A stretch of 61,829 bases of DNA, counting the filler, from Porpidia crustulata (lineage: Eukaryota), in the NCBI GenBank assembly GCA_964255105.1. It is 13 parts of 13 records of this genome, joined end to end, with 100 filler letters (N's around TTAATTAATTAA, not from the genome) between each part and the next. Parts side by side here need not be neighbours in the genome. Positions count along the whole stretch, not along the records: positions 47,695 to 52,342 come from CAXUWE010002028.1; positions 52,443 to 57,089 come from CAXUWE010002029.1; positions 57,190 to 61,829 come from CAXUWE010002030.1; 10 more parts are not named here. The stretch is one strand, 5' to 3'. Within the stretch, counting starts at the first letter, position 1. Every line of letters begins with the position of its first letter. A program made the translations under genes and the position numbers. This document shows positions 49,230 through 60,950 of the stretch, in pieces. The notes under the pieces were generated by a model. The model did not search any database. It worked only from the letters and a program-made list of their open reading frames with translations, and was not told where the DNA came from.

Positions 49230-49436
49230 CTTATTGACACCCAAAAGGGGAAATTAGCCCTACAGCCCATGAAGAGCCAGTCCGTCAATAACTTTGGCTC
49301 AAGACTGAAGTTATGGAGATCTCTCTCAATAAGCAATCACTCTCACTTCTTCTTCAACAAAGTTTCACTCAGATATTTTATTGATACTTACTGGCGGAGC
49401 TCACCTCGCTATTGGCATATCTGTCCGCTTATTGAC
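49230..49436. promoter_or_regulatory. Cluster of five TTATTGA sites (candidate MAT1-1-1 alpha-box binding sites) upstream of STE3
   Basis: CTTATTGA at 49230 (+), GTTATTGA at 49285-49292 (-), CTTATTGAG at 49325-49333 (-), TTTATTGA at 49377 (+) and CTTATTGA at 49428 (+). Confidence 0.6.
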
Positions 49437-49987
49437 CATGCCCTTACCGACGGTTCACCACGCACGTACTCCTCAAGCGTTATAAGTACATTTTCTGATG
49501 CATCACCGTTTCATGTTCTTTACATCCTCAACCTCACACTTCCTTACCTCCTCCACCATCATACCTTGAGCTGTATTACATCTATTCAAACCCATTTTAG
49601 CCAAATACATACGGCACACCTTCTCGTCCTTCCTCGCATCGATATCAGATATCTTAGGGGCGTCCTGTAGCGTACGGTGTGGTAGCAGTGTCTGGCTCTA
49701 GCTTGTGCCCGCTGGTACGACTTCCTACCTGTCCAATTCTTCCTCTTTGACTGAAGAAGCTTACTCCTTCATAGAGATCAATATCTTACAGCTTTGCATA
49801 GTATCAGCCTCTTCAAATTTGTCAGACTCGTACAGAAATCCATTGACGCGGTCTATGTGAAGATAATCCACCGCTGGTATGCCTTCTTTTCTGACCTCTC
49901 CAACCTCGCTTTTCTTGTTATATTACTAAAATGCCCCTATCAGAGTCCATTAGCATTATATACCTACATATCTGAATAGCAACTACT

Positions 49988-51378
49988 ATGGCTACATCAA
50001 TCTCGCCTCTCACGCCTGGTGCGGTGGCGGTCCCTGTATTAGCATTCATATCAATACTTCTTGATCTCCCTCCTATCGCCTGGCACATTAAGAACCGCAA
50101 CTTTGCTGCTACGAGTCTACTCTTTTGGATCATTTTATGCAACAGCTTCAACTTCATCAACGCAATCATCTGGCCCACTGACGACCTCGGAAACTGGTGG
50201 CATGGCTTTGGCTTCTGCGACTTGGAAGTCAAGCTTATGGTGGCCGCCACCCTCGGTATTACCGGCTCGTTGGCCTGTATCATGCGTAACCTTGCTATGG
50301 TTCTGAATACAAACAAGACAGTCTTGACCCCTAGCAAAGGTCAGCGTCGTACTCGACTTTTTATGAATATCCTGTTGTGCTTTGGAGGACCTCTTTACCT
50401 GGTGATTATCCATTACATTGTACAGCCGAACCGTTACTACATCTTTGCCATTACTGGCTGCACTCCGTCGTTTGATAACAGCTGGCCGAGTACAGCTTTG
50501 GTATTTATCTGGCCTCCAATCATGTGTTTGTTGGATGTCTATTACAGTGGTAACCTCTTTACTCTGCAAAATCTGTCCCCAAATGCTGACATGGTTCAGT
50601 TCTTGTGATCATCCGCATGCACAAGTACCGTAAGGAATTCTCCGCCATTCTTACCTCAAACAGCTCGACTCTCACGAAATCCCGCTTCATGCGTCTTTTC
50701 CTGATGTCTCTTACCCTGGTCGTTATTTTCCTCCCTTGCCAACTCTACATCCTTTACCGCAACTCCACTTTCCCTCAGCTCCCATACAGTTGGGACGCCA
50801 TCCACGGCCCTATGTGGGGGGATGTTACCTTGATCCCCACCCACGGAGTCGTCACTTTTGACCATTGGATCCAGCTCGCCATTGGCTATGCGGCATTCTT
50901 CTTCTTTGGTATGGGCGCCGACGCTACAAAACTATACCGCAAGTGGCTTGTCAAACTGGGCTTTGGCCGCTTATTCCCAAGACTCCACCGCCAACCCCCA
51001 TCGCAGGGTACAAACACAGCAACAGCCAGCCATTACAGCTCCTTTGGCAGCCGTGCTCGTCTCTTCTTCAATAAAAAGCTTTCCGTGGGCTCGAAATCTT
51101 CAATCTACTCTGCTACTAATACAACTCTGTCCCCTACGTTCCCGGAGAAGCCACATTCGCATCTCTCGACCATCGCCTCCGAGTCCGACCGTTCTTCCTC
51201 GAGCAGCCCAACCAAAGCGCATCATTCCGAACAGGGATCCTTTAGAGCAGAAGCACCCGTACGCGCATCTTGGCTCAGCAGAGTTTTTACCTTTCGCTTC
51301 TCAACCCCTCCACCGTCCTATGATGTGGAAGCCCAGGCGCAAACCCATGCAGTAGAGCAGGCAACGCAGAAGGAGTAA
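49988..51378 (+). CDS. STE3: a-factor-type pheromone receptor Ste3 (PRE1/PreA), 7-TM GPCR; intron 50550-50599
   Basis: WH..NRN, INAIIWP…WW.G.GFCDLEVKL, HYIVQPNRYYIFAITGC, SRFMRLF, PYSWDAIHGP and FFFFGMG.DA are STE3-family motifs. Confidence 0.95.
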
Positions 51379-52342
51379 CGCGATTATGGGAAGTATTACC
51401 GAAATATTTGGTCCGTGAACCCGAACGCAACCACTCACGGCTTGCACGGTGGCTGTTTCGGAGGCGTCAGTGGGATGAAGGTCTGAGCCAAGAGAATCTC
51501 ACTACCTTGCTATCTCCAGCAGCATCGTATGTCGTCCGCAGAAGGAAGATGTAGCTGGTTCCTTCGATTACGTTGGCATTCGCGTGCATTAGGAGCCATG
51601 TTCCTTACCTCGATACATGTTATCTCACATACTTAATTTTCCAAATTGGATCACCACCAGTATCTTAGCGACGATCCTGGTCCTTTGACCCCCGCCTCTA
51701 TTGGTATCCCGCACTCATTAGATCGAATTCTATCTTCTACATATTTATGTTCTATTCCTTCGAACTACAAACATCACCGCTCGGTCCCAGCAGCACTCTT
51801 ACGACCGCGAAGTGGATTAAGGGATCGAGGATCGGGCTATCGAATTCTCGTTCCTTGGTTTAAAGAGAAGCCAAATAAGCCACAGGGGGCACAGGATTTC
51901 TTTTTCTTTTTTCCTTTTTTTTTCTTTCTTCGCTTCTGCTCTTTCTCCCTTTTTGTACTTTTGCCAAGAACCAGTACCGCGGCACCGACAAACATAGATA
52001 AATACTTTGCAACCGCATATGTAGATAGCAAATACAAAGCCATCGATTTTTCCCATCCACACATTCGCCATCTCCCCTCTTATTGAGTCATCATCATACC
52101 TCCATCTCGTACAAAGGGATTGAAGCTCACTCACCCACCCACCCACCTACCGCATTACACCTCCTCCTCATCTCCTTCCAACCCTCCACCCTTCAATAAA
52201 GTACCACGCACGCACAAAACCTCGTCTCCAAGAATCCCTTCCATCTTTGATCCTTATTTTATTCATGACCAAATCTTTCCCAAAACGTCAGTTTGCTTGA
52301 GGTTGTTTTTGTTATTGTATTGTGTTGGGGAAGGGAGGGGGG

Positions 52343-52442
52343 NNNNNNNNNNNNNNNNNNNNNNNNNNNNNNNNNNNNNNNNNNNNTTAATTAATTAANN
52401 NNNNNNNNNNNNNNNNNNNNNNNNNNNNNNNNNNNNNNNNNN
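52343..52442. other. Artificial contig linker
   Basis: N44-TTAATTAATTAA-N44. Confidence 0.97.
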
Positions 52443-53903
52443 GTTTTTAGGGGGTTGGATACTTCAGGTTGGTAGTGTTGTTGTAACGTTCAAAAAAGCT
52501 TTTATGCGTGAGGAAGTCACAACCTGCAAAGAAATTTCTTTCCATTACAACATTTGACAAAGTCTCTCATTCTACGGATTCGTCATTGATTAATTGTGAA
52601 TAAGTGAAGAAGCAATCGAGTAGTTGAAAGAAAGAATTTTGCATCCCTTCCGGAAAGAGAAAAATGACCCTTTCGGAAGTAATCGAAGTGAAAGTTGCAT
52701 TGAATCTAGACTGAAAGTCACGCATTCAAAATCACTAGAAGTCTATTATATATTGACAACCGAAAACACTGAACAGATCGCAATCTCGAATAAAGGTTTA
52801 AAAATATTGATGAACAGTTTATATATATAATCACTAGAAAATTATTGAAGAAATGCAACAAGATCTCTTAAACAGAGGAGGATCTTCAAGATTGACTACA
52901 GAAGCTAAAACCGAGCCGTTGAGATCAAAGACCCCGAAGGTTTTCTCTTGCTTTTTTTTGGTCTCATATACATAAGGTCTTGAGGCTTTAAGAATCTGGT
53001 TTTTGATGGCCCTTAGAGCATAAGGAGCGCTTTCTTAGATATTGGTCGAAGCCGTTGAATGAAGTTATCATGAACTTTATTGATTCTTTTGCTTGACATC
53101 TTAATCAGTCGTTGACCGTGCGAATACTCTTATATGATTATCCTACAGCAAAAACGTCTCCTTTATCCATTGAATCAACGTCGTTGTTCCGCTAACTTAT
53201 ATATCAAAAAGATAATCTCGACGATCAGCCACTAGGATCCCTCATCTCCTCAACCGAATCCCCGCCCAAAAGCAGCCTGGAAAATTCCGCGTTCGAGATG
53301 GTCGACCTTGGCCACCGAAGCACTTGGTCACGTAAAATCGACAGTCACGAGTCTTGCGGAGTGCCGTGCGGTGGAGTCGATCACGTGATAATCAAAAGGG
53401 ATCCGATCCGATCGCCGGTAAAGCATCGCGGGAACGCTAACCCAAAGTGTCCCTTTGCGACCGTCAGCTGATTGGCCGCTCAATCTCGAATCCACACCTG
53501 AGCGGCTCAACCAAGGGACTCAGAAGTTCTAGAGCCTCAGCGAGACGATGCCTAGTAAAGTTTAAGCTCCAGTGAGGCTCAGATCCACTTTTAGAAATGG
53601 GAACGGGCGTATATTCTTGGTAGAACCATTGAAGACGCGATTGTTGGAGCTTTAGGTCTGAGCAGGATGACGACGCGGTGGAGCTTGAGCTTGCGAGAGG
53701 ACGCGTGGATAGAGGAAAAGGTATAGGGTTGGGAGGGAGGAAGCATTGTGCGAGATTGATGCGATGGGAGTACCGTGAAAGGCGAAAAGTGAGAGCGTCG
53801 AACGTGGAAAGGACGTGGGAGGATCGGAGGGTTCGAATTCAATTGGGAAGAGCAACCCCGAAGTTGCGAAACGAAGAAATGACGAACGGACGCGATCAAA
53901 ACA

Positions 53904-53911
53904 TATATAAA
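53904..53911 (+). promoter_or_regulatory. Probable TATA box of the secreted-protein gene
   Basis: TATATAAA about 130 bp upstream of ATG 54038, followed by a CT-rich leader. Confidence 0.5.
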
Positions 53912-54037
53912 GCGGATGGGACCTGATTCCCTCTCTTCAACAAGTCTCATATCTACTCCCCTTTCCTTCCTTCATTCACAATCACAAGCCGAGTACAAGC
54001 CACTCAAGCACCAAAATCTAAGCAAATACACCGCATC

Positions 54038-56122
54038 ATGGTGTCTGCCCACCGCTCGTGGGCTTGTGCCCTCATCGCCCAGCTCCTCCTGGTGCTGGGC
54101 CTCCTCTCTCTTGCTGCGGCAAGGCCAATCGTCTCGGTCATGGATAGCAGCTCGTGGAACCTCACCGGCACCAACGGAACCCGCAGCTTCGCGGGTCCGC
54201 TTTCTCTGTACAACACGGTAGGTTCCACGGCATTTGCGGCTTCGGGTGGGTTCGCGACCGTCTCGAGGCCATACGGATGGAACGCGTCGTCGGTGGCGCG
54301 GGCAACCGGGACAGTCATGCTGCCGACGGGAATACGCTACTGGAACTTCACGTCGACGGCTGGTGGGAACACATCGTCGTCGATTGCGGGGCCATTCGCC
54401 AATGGTAGTTCGTACACGACGGCGTCGGCAAACGTGACCACGGCATTCCGTACTGGCTTCGTACCTATCGTGCCAGTCTCGACGGTGGCTTTCACCACTT
54501 CATCCTATTCGGTTCCCGCTTCCACCACGGTCATGGATACCATTACCCTCACAGTGACGGCCTCGGCACCTAATAGCATAGTGGTAGTCAGCATCACAGA
54601 GGCAATGGTATTTGAGGAACCAACGACGGTAAATACATCGAACTGGACGGCCATTCCCAAAATGCAAAACGATACCGATGAATGGACGCGCAACGTCACC
54701 GAAGCCCAGACCCAACCGCTTCAGTACTACAACGTGACTGAGGAACACCAGGCCGAACATGACAAATTAGTTGCTCAGCTGGCCGGTTCCATTGTTGAAT
54801 CTTTCGGAGTTCTTGGTGCCGGCGTTTTCGGGGCGAATCTACGGGAAAACTTCCGGATAGCATCGTCATCCGGCTTCCGTCTCAGTCTTGGTCATTGGGC
54901 CGGATTGAACGGCGTCAAGCGGCAGGCCATGAGGAAGATTCTCGACAACGTGGACCGGTGGGCGAATGAGGTGATGGGGATGCCAAAAACGGAGTTTCCA
55001 AATCCGCCCGACCTACGATTCGTCCGACTGATCGACGACACCGGTGTCAGCCCAGGGTTGAAGGTGAAATCAAGGTTCAAGTCCATTGGTGAGATCATAC
55101 GGGTAGACTATTCGGCACCAAAATTCCAGGTCGTAGAAGGCGTTGTCATCAAAAAGGAGCCCGAATCCGAGTTCCTAGGTTCGCTCGGTGATTTGTCTCC
55201 GCCTACGCCGCCAGTTGTTTCTCCTATCCCTGGAGCCCCTACGCCCCCCGACTCCCCAGTAACGGCGACTGAGGTATGAGTCCACTCTCTGTAATGTTTT
55301 CGTCTCCCAAAAGAAAAGCCATCTAACCTTCTGCAGCCGAATCCCATGGAAAAAGACCCAGCCATACTGTCTTGGCTGTCCAAATTGTGTAGTCCCGAAA
55401 TCAGGGTAGATACCCTGGATGTACCTGATCCCCATGGAGGTTGTCCTTGCGTTCCAATTCCTCCGGCAGATCTCAGTTCGACGAGCGACCCCAAAAGTCC
55501 GCTTCCCAGATATCCGTTGGATCCCAGGTTTGGTCAGTGTCCAGAGCCTCAGCCAAAGATCGAAGGGCTGACGCCTCCGACTCCTCCAAACGCACCTGTC
55601 GAAGCAGCCCAGTGCAATCCCGCTCAGTTGGTGGACGACAAAGGCAACCCCGACCCCAAAGGCAAATGCCCAGAGCCCAGAATTACTCCCGAGCCTCCTG
55701 TGCCTTACACCGCACCATTTGACGCTACTTTGGATGGCATCTTCAGCCTCTTCAATCCTATGGATTTCTACCCCACGACAACCGATGCCGAAGGGCATCC
55801 ATACTGGATAATGACTTATGGAGGAATGGAGTATGAGATACCACATATCATGCCAAATGATCCTGCTTGGCCATGGCCAGCAGGCCAGACTCCATCTCCA
55901 CGGAGGAGCCCCCAAGCAAGCGCTACACTGGCACAGAGGACTACTTTCATCCCGGCTCCGACGGCTATGCCGACAACATCGACGCTTCCGCCCGCGCCCT
56001 TGCCCACTACAACGACATCGCCAATAGACGCACCTGTAGAAGGCGGGGCTGCAATAACGGCAGGGTGTATTTTAGATCCCAGGTATAACATATCAAGTAA
56101 GTGGGATGCGGCTTGTTATTGA
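54038..56122 (+). CDS. Unrecognised secreted glycoprotein (~673 aa): Ser/Thr-rich N-half, Pro/Cys-rich C-half; intron 55274-55336
   Basis: Clear signal peptide (…LLLVLGLLSLAAA/RP) and 12 N-x-S/T sequons in the first ~240 aa. A GTATGA..CTAAC..CAG intron joins ORF 54038-55279 to ORF 55346-56122 in frame. Confidence 0.75.
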
Positions 56123-56387
56123 GAATACTAGACGGGTTTCTGCGGATCATGGACGGAGTTTGCCATGATTTCTGGTGATACGAGGTTGGGTGGGACTGGC
56201 TCGGACCGTTTCGTGCGAGATACCCTTGTCTTATTTACATTGCCATATATATTTGCTATGCAACACCGCGATGTTTGCTGGATAGTATTTTATCATAATC
56301 GACTCCTATTGGCGCTGGTACAATGGTGTTGTGGTTTTATTACTATGCGCGATACATGTAAATTTCTATACATTGCCGTCGCTGGTG

Positions 56388-57089
56388 TTAGACTGTCTTT
56401 TTGGCTCTCACTCCAATCGCACCACTCGCTCTTGCAAACGCCAATGCGATGCTATGGTAAGCTTCATACAGGATCCACAAAGGAATCCATACCCACAAGG
56501 TGTTGAAAAAGAAGAGGTATACCCACAGATACATGAAATTACTCGTGTCAAGATTAGAACTCCCAGAGAGCCATTCTGGTGCAAAGGTCATGAATCCTGC
56601 CATGTGCCACTAGTCAGTATAACCAGCCAGTACCGAGTAAGGTAGCAACCCTTTGGAGTAACTCACCACCATACAACTCCCCGGTTGCCAACACACTAGC
56701 CCAAAACCACAACCTCCCCGATTCATCTCCTCTCCGCACCAACTCGCAGATCCACACCGCCAGAGGCCCCGCCCCAAAGACGGTGAGCAACTCCAAACTC
56801 ACCACCGTCAGATCCGCTCCATCCCACCTCTTATCCGCCTTGGCGTACTCCTGCCATAGATTGGCGGTGGCGCTCGTCCCGTATGCACTGCCATACAGCC
56901 GATCCGCGCGACCCAGAAAGAACGGACCTTGTGAGGTCAAGGACGCGGGGTGCGGGAAGTCGGAGGTGGAGGCCACGGAGGTGTAGGTGAAGAAGCAATG
57001 GTAGAGGAACGAGCCTTCGAGGATGAAGTGGGTCAGGGCGTCGAAGAGGTGCCAAATGAAAAGGACACGGAGTTTGGGGGATGTAGAGC
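56388..57089 (-). CDS. Emopamil-binding-protein (EBP/EXPERA) family ER membrane protein, 5'-truncated; intron 56597-56666
   Basis: W..FDALTHFILEGSF, LWQEYAKADKRW, VVSLELLTV, GELYG/GFMTF.PEW, FFN.LWVWIP and a C-terminal KKTV (KKxx ER-retrieval signal). Confidence 0.9.
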
Positions 57090-57189
57090 NNNNNNNNNNN
57101 NNNNNNNNNNNNNNNNNNNNNNNNNNNNNNNNNTTAATTAATTAANNNNNNNNNNNNNNNNNNNNNNNNNNNNNNNNNNNNNNNNNNNN
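57090..57189. other. Artificial contig linker
   Basis: N44-TTAATTAATTAA-N44. Confidence 0.97.
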
Positions 57190-58489
57190 GGGACAAACTA
57201 GATAAGAAACCGGTCTTATTCTTCTTCCACTCCTGGTAAGATTTCTCGTACGCGCCGGGGTGGTGCGTGAGGCTGTCTGTTGTGAGGTGAGGTTGAGAGA
57301 CTTCGTAGTGGAGGAAGACGATCTAGACCGTGTACAGTCAGATGATCGACTTTCTTGAGATGAGGACACACGGGAAAGTGTACCAAGTGGTCAAGAAGAT
57401 TCTTGCCTACGCCTGGCGAGTCGACTTTACATTCGATACCGAGTTTCTCAAGCTCTTCGGCAGGACCAATGCCCGAGCGGAGGAGAATGGGAGGGGTACA
57501 GTAAGCGCCTGCGCTGAGAATGACTTCTCTTCTTGCTGTAATCTCTCGGGCATTTCCGGCGCGGTCAACAATACGCACACCGGAAGCTTTCAAGAAACTG
57601 CCGTCAGCGGTCAGAATGACTTTATCGACGGTCGTGTGGGTTAATATGACCAGGTTGGTGGCAGTCCTTGGAAGGTAATCAGCTGCCGTACTTCTGACGC
57701 CTTTGTGAACGGTCCGAGGGACGTGACCGCAGCCGTGGGGAGTCTCGCCGGTACTGAACATATCGTCATGTTTCTTGAGACCCGCAGATTCGAAAGATTG
57801 CATCAGCAGCTTGGAAATCGGGGCGAGGTCGTGGGGTTCTGTATGAATGGGTCCGGAGGAGCCGTGGTCGGCCAAGGACGCGTTGAACCAGGGTTTTGGG
57901 TGGAAGGTTTCGGCCTTGGGGTGATGGTCAGTATGAGCATGGTCGGGAGTAGGAAGAGTGAAGGAGACTTTTTTCATGTAGGAAAAGACTTCATCTCCGC
58001 TCCATCCTTCCAGATCCCAACTATTGAAATCATCTTTGGTCCCGCGAATCATCAGAGTACCATTACATCCGGTAGATCCTCCAAGATACTTTCCTCTACT
58101 AGCAGCCACTTGACGTCCATTGAGCCCAGGGGATGGCTCCGTGATCAGGCTCCAGTCTATTACTTTATCAACATGTTCATGGTATGATTCTCACATCAAG
58201 GAGCTGTAATACCATCCTGTCCGCCGAAATTCTGCGACCAACCGCCAACCATTTTAGTATTCTCGATCTCATCATTATCCCGTCCGGCTTCAATGATAAG
58301 AACCGATACATTGGGGTTTTCTGCTAGACGACCCGCGATGACGGAGCCGGATGTTCCTCCTCTGTTTTATTTAGTTACAGTCGGGCATAGAAGCGCCTGA
58401 ACACATAGAAAACCAGCATACCCGCATATGATGTAGTCGAAGAAGGTATCCTCTCGACTAGCGAATATTTCGTCCAACCTGGCCGGCAT
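57190..58489 (-). CDS. GMC oxidoreductase (AA3-like, no signal peptide), 3'-truncated; introns 58362-58421, ~58163-58212, 57915-57968, 57323-57383
   Basis: FDYIICG/GGTSG…RLAE…LIIEAG (FAD-binding), RGKYLGGSTGCNG, EVILSAG..TP.ILLRSGIGP and PGVGKNLLDH. Confidence 0.92.
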
Positions 58490-59313
58490 GATTCCTAGAG
58501 ATACTTTCCACTTTCAAAGTTCAGTTTGACTAGAGCAGAGATCCACGCAGTCCTTAAGTCTGGTATATAGTGAAATAATTGCATCCTGATCGCAAGGATC
58601 ACAATGATTATGATGGGCCTCGGAAACTGAACTTGTCGATTGATCGTCTCAACTCTATGGCTTAGTCATTGGACACTGAGATGCCTGGCTGCGTGACACG
58701 ATTGGTAACCCTCCTGCACGCTCATCAAACTTCATGCTGAGTCAACTCGGACGAACTTCAAATTAGTAACCAAACAAGGAAAGTCATACACTTTCTGTAT
58801 TGGTCGGTCAATTGGTGCATCAGGAGTAGTGCGGCTTGAAAATGTATGACTCGCGATAGGAAATAACGCGATGACCGCAACGACAATATTATGAACTAAT
58901 TTGAGAGGAAACGTTGATAAAGACCGCCGATATTCATGCCGTTGCAAGAAAATCCAAGTATGGCATGTTAGATAATTAGCCCACGATGTCACCTTTATAG
59001 TGCGCGTAGCATAGGAGGTGCTCATGGTGATAAAGCAGAAATTCCCAAGGGAAGACTGAAAATTGGACAGTCGTCAGACGAACAAGAAGCTCAGTTGGTC
59101 TCAAGCTCAAGAGCGGAATCAAAAGGGTGGTGGTACAGAAAGAATCCTAAGCCCACCAACAGAAACGCTCGAAAACAATGGTATCATTTTCTGTTGTACA
59201 TCCCAAAACGCTCAGTTCAAATGTAATCGCTATCAAGCACTCGCTTGGACGCTCAAACCAAATCATCATCGTGAGATCGACTCAAGGGGTTTTGAGACGA
59301 TGATCGGGTATCT

Positions 59314-60950
59314 TCAGGTCCGTCCTCCGCTTACTTTCCGCCACAATTTGCGGACCACACCGCCGTTCTTGGATGGAGTGTCCCAGATATCACGGCCCTG
59401 AGTCACAGACGGTAGTTGTTGGAGGGCCAAAGGGTCATCACCTTTCGGATACTGCACGCTTTCGTGAGCACGCAGATCAGGTCGGGTGAGAGTCATTCGA
59501 AGGGTCATTTCGCGGCTGCCAGAGAGAAGTTGGGGATAAGGTTCGGTGGGTTGGAGTCCAGTGTCGAAGTGTGAGACGGGGCTCAGAGTGTTGGCCGACA
59601 CTTTTCTGGAAGAAAGCTGACGGTTCAATTTATTGGCGGTTGTATCTCTGAGCGGAGTGCTGAGCGGATCCTTCTCCGGTAAGCTGACGGTATCATCTTG
59701 ATCACCGACGGCATCAAACAATGAGACAGTCTCATCATCGTAGAAGGTCAAGACGGTTGGAGCGGTCTTATGCTGCCGTGATAATGAAGGTCTTCGTTCT
59801 GTGCTTTTCTTTTCTTCGAGTGCGGGAAATCCAAATTCTATAGCCTCATCGAACTTTTGTGCTGAAGCCAGGTACACCCTCAATTTGAGTCTAGCCTCTG
59901 GATCCTGATAGTGACTCGCGGCCGGGTCAATGGCCGAAGGTAAACTTTTCGGCACTTTCAATACACCGGTACCTTGAGGTCGGGACATTCGTTCATATTG
60001 ATCTCGTGCGGTGGGTCTTGGTAACTGCGTTGGCGTCAAAGCACGCTGAGCTTCGCTTGCCGAAGGTGCCAAGTTTCCACAGAAGGGCATATTGGTCAGG
60101 GAAAGGGTCCTTCGAAAAGATGGCTTGCGCGTTACCGCTTTGGTGGCAGATTGGGCCGAATCGACAACATGCTTGTGGTAGTCATCCAAGGTCAAGTCCA
60201 ACCCCGAGTCGTCCTCCATCCACCGAAAGCTGTCCAATACCGAATCATCCATGTCACCCAGTGGGCCTGTTGTATCTTCCGACTCTACTGAGTAGAGTGA
60301 GCTGGTCGATGTGTCAGTCGAATAAGATGTACCTAAGGTTGGCACACTATGGTTGGCTTGACGTCCAAGCCTGTACAGCGCTTCGTCGGTAGCGTCTACA
60401 ATCACACTCTCACAGTGTCCAGCAAGCAGATATTGCTCCTCTTTTGTGAAGTGCTTTCGTTGGACCGTCTCCGGCAGCCTAAGAAACCATTGGGCGTCTG
60501 CTTGTGAGAAGTCATTCTCGGGCGAGGGGGTTTTCCGTAAGCGTTGACTCGAGGGGCCTCGAAAGTAACTGGAGTTGCGGCTTAGGCTGGGTCGGGGTGT
60601 CAGGTCGTGATCACGGCATCGGAGAGTAGACCGTGGCACTGGGCCTTGTGCCAGTCTCAGCCTTTCGAGCGTAGAGAAATACTATCGTTGGAATGTTGGT
60701 TAGCCATGAAAGCTTTATACATTGGCGGTGAAAATAATCTAATGATTCTTGATCGCCATGACTACGCCAAATTCCCAAGCCAATTATCGTACCCATGGTT
60801 CTCTCGAAACAGCGAATCTCGATCCAGCAATCACAACGTCATCCCGGAATTGACGAAGCTTGAGCGTTAGATGTAGAATCGGCGTACCTTGCGTTTGATC
60901 ACTGGAGGAAACGTTTCGAAGTCTTGATCCAATGGTTCGAAGAATTTCAT
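59314..60950 (-). CDS. Conserved Pezizomycotina protein of unknown function; intron 60682-60887
   Basis: The spliced start is MKFFEP…FPPVIKRK/YFSTLERLRL. Conserved-looking blocks are LPETVQRKHFTKEE, HYQDPEARLKLRVYLAS.QKFDEAIEFGFP and REMTLRMTLTRPDLR. Confidence 0.8.

Noticed and set aside
49053..49670. 205-aa ORF between the membrane-protein gene and STE3
   Set aside because: Composition reflects CT-rich promoter/leader DNA, it overlaps the STE3 regulatory motif cluster, and no domain was recognised.
51646..52146. ORFs with poly-Phe or poly-Lys tracts downstream of STE3
   Set aside because: Translation of a T-rich 3'-UTR/terminator tract.
60793..60858. In-frame 66-nt cassette exon inside the 206-nt intron
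   Set aside because: It would need a 29-nt upstream intron, below the usual ~40-nt minimum.
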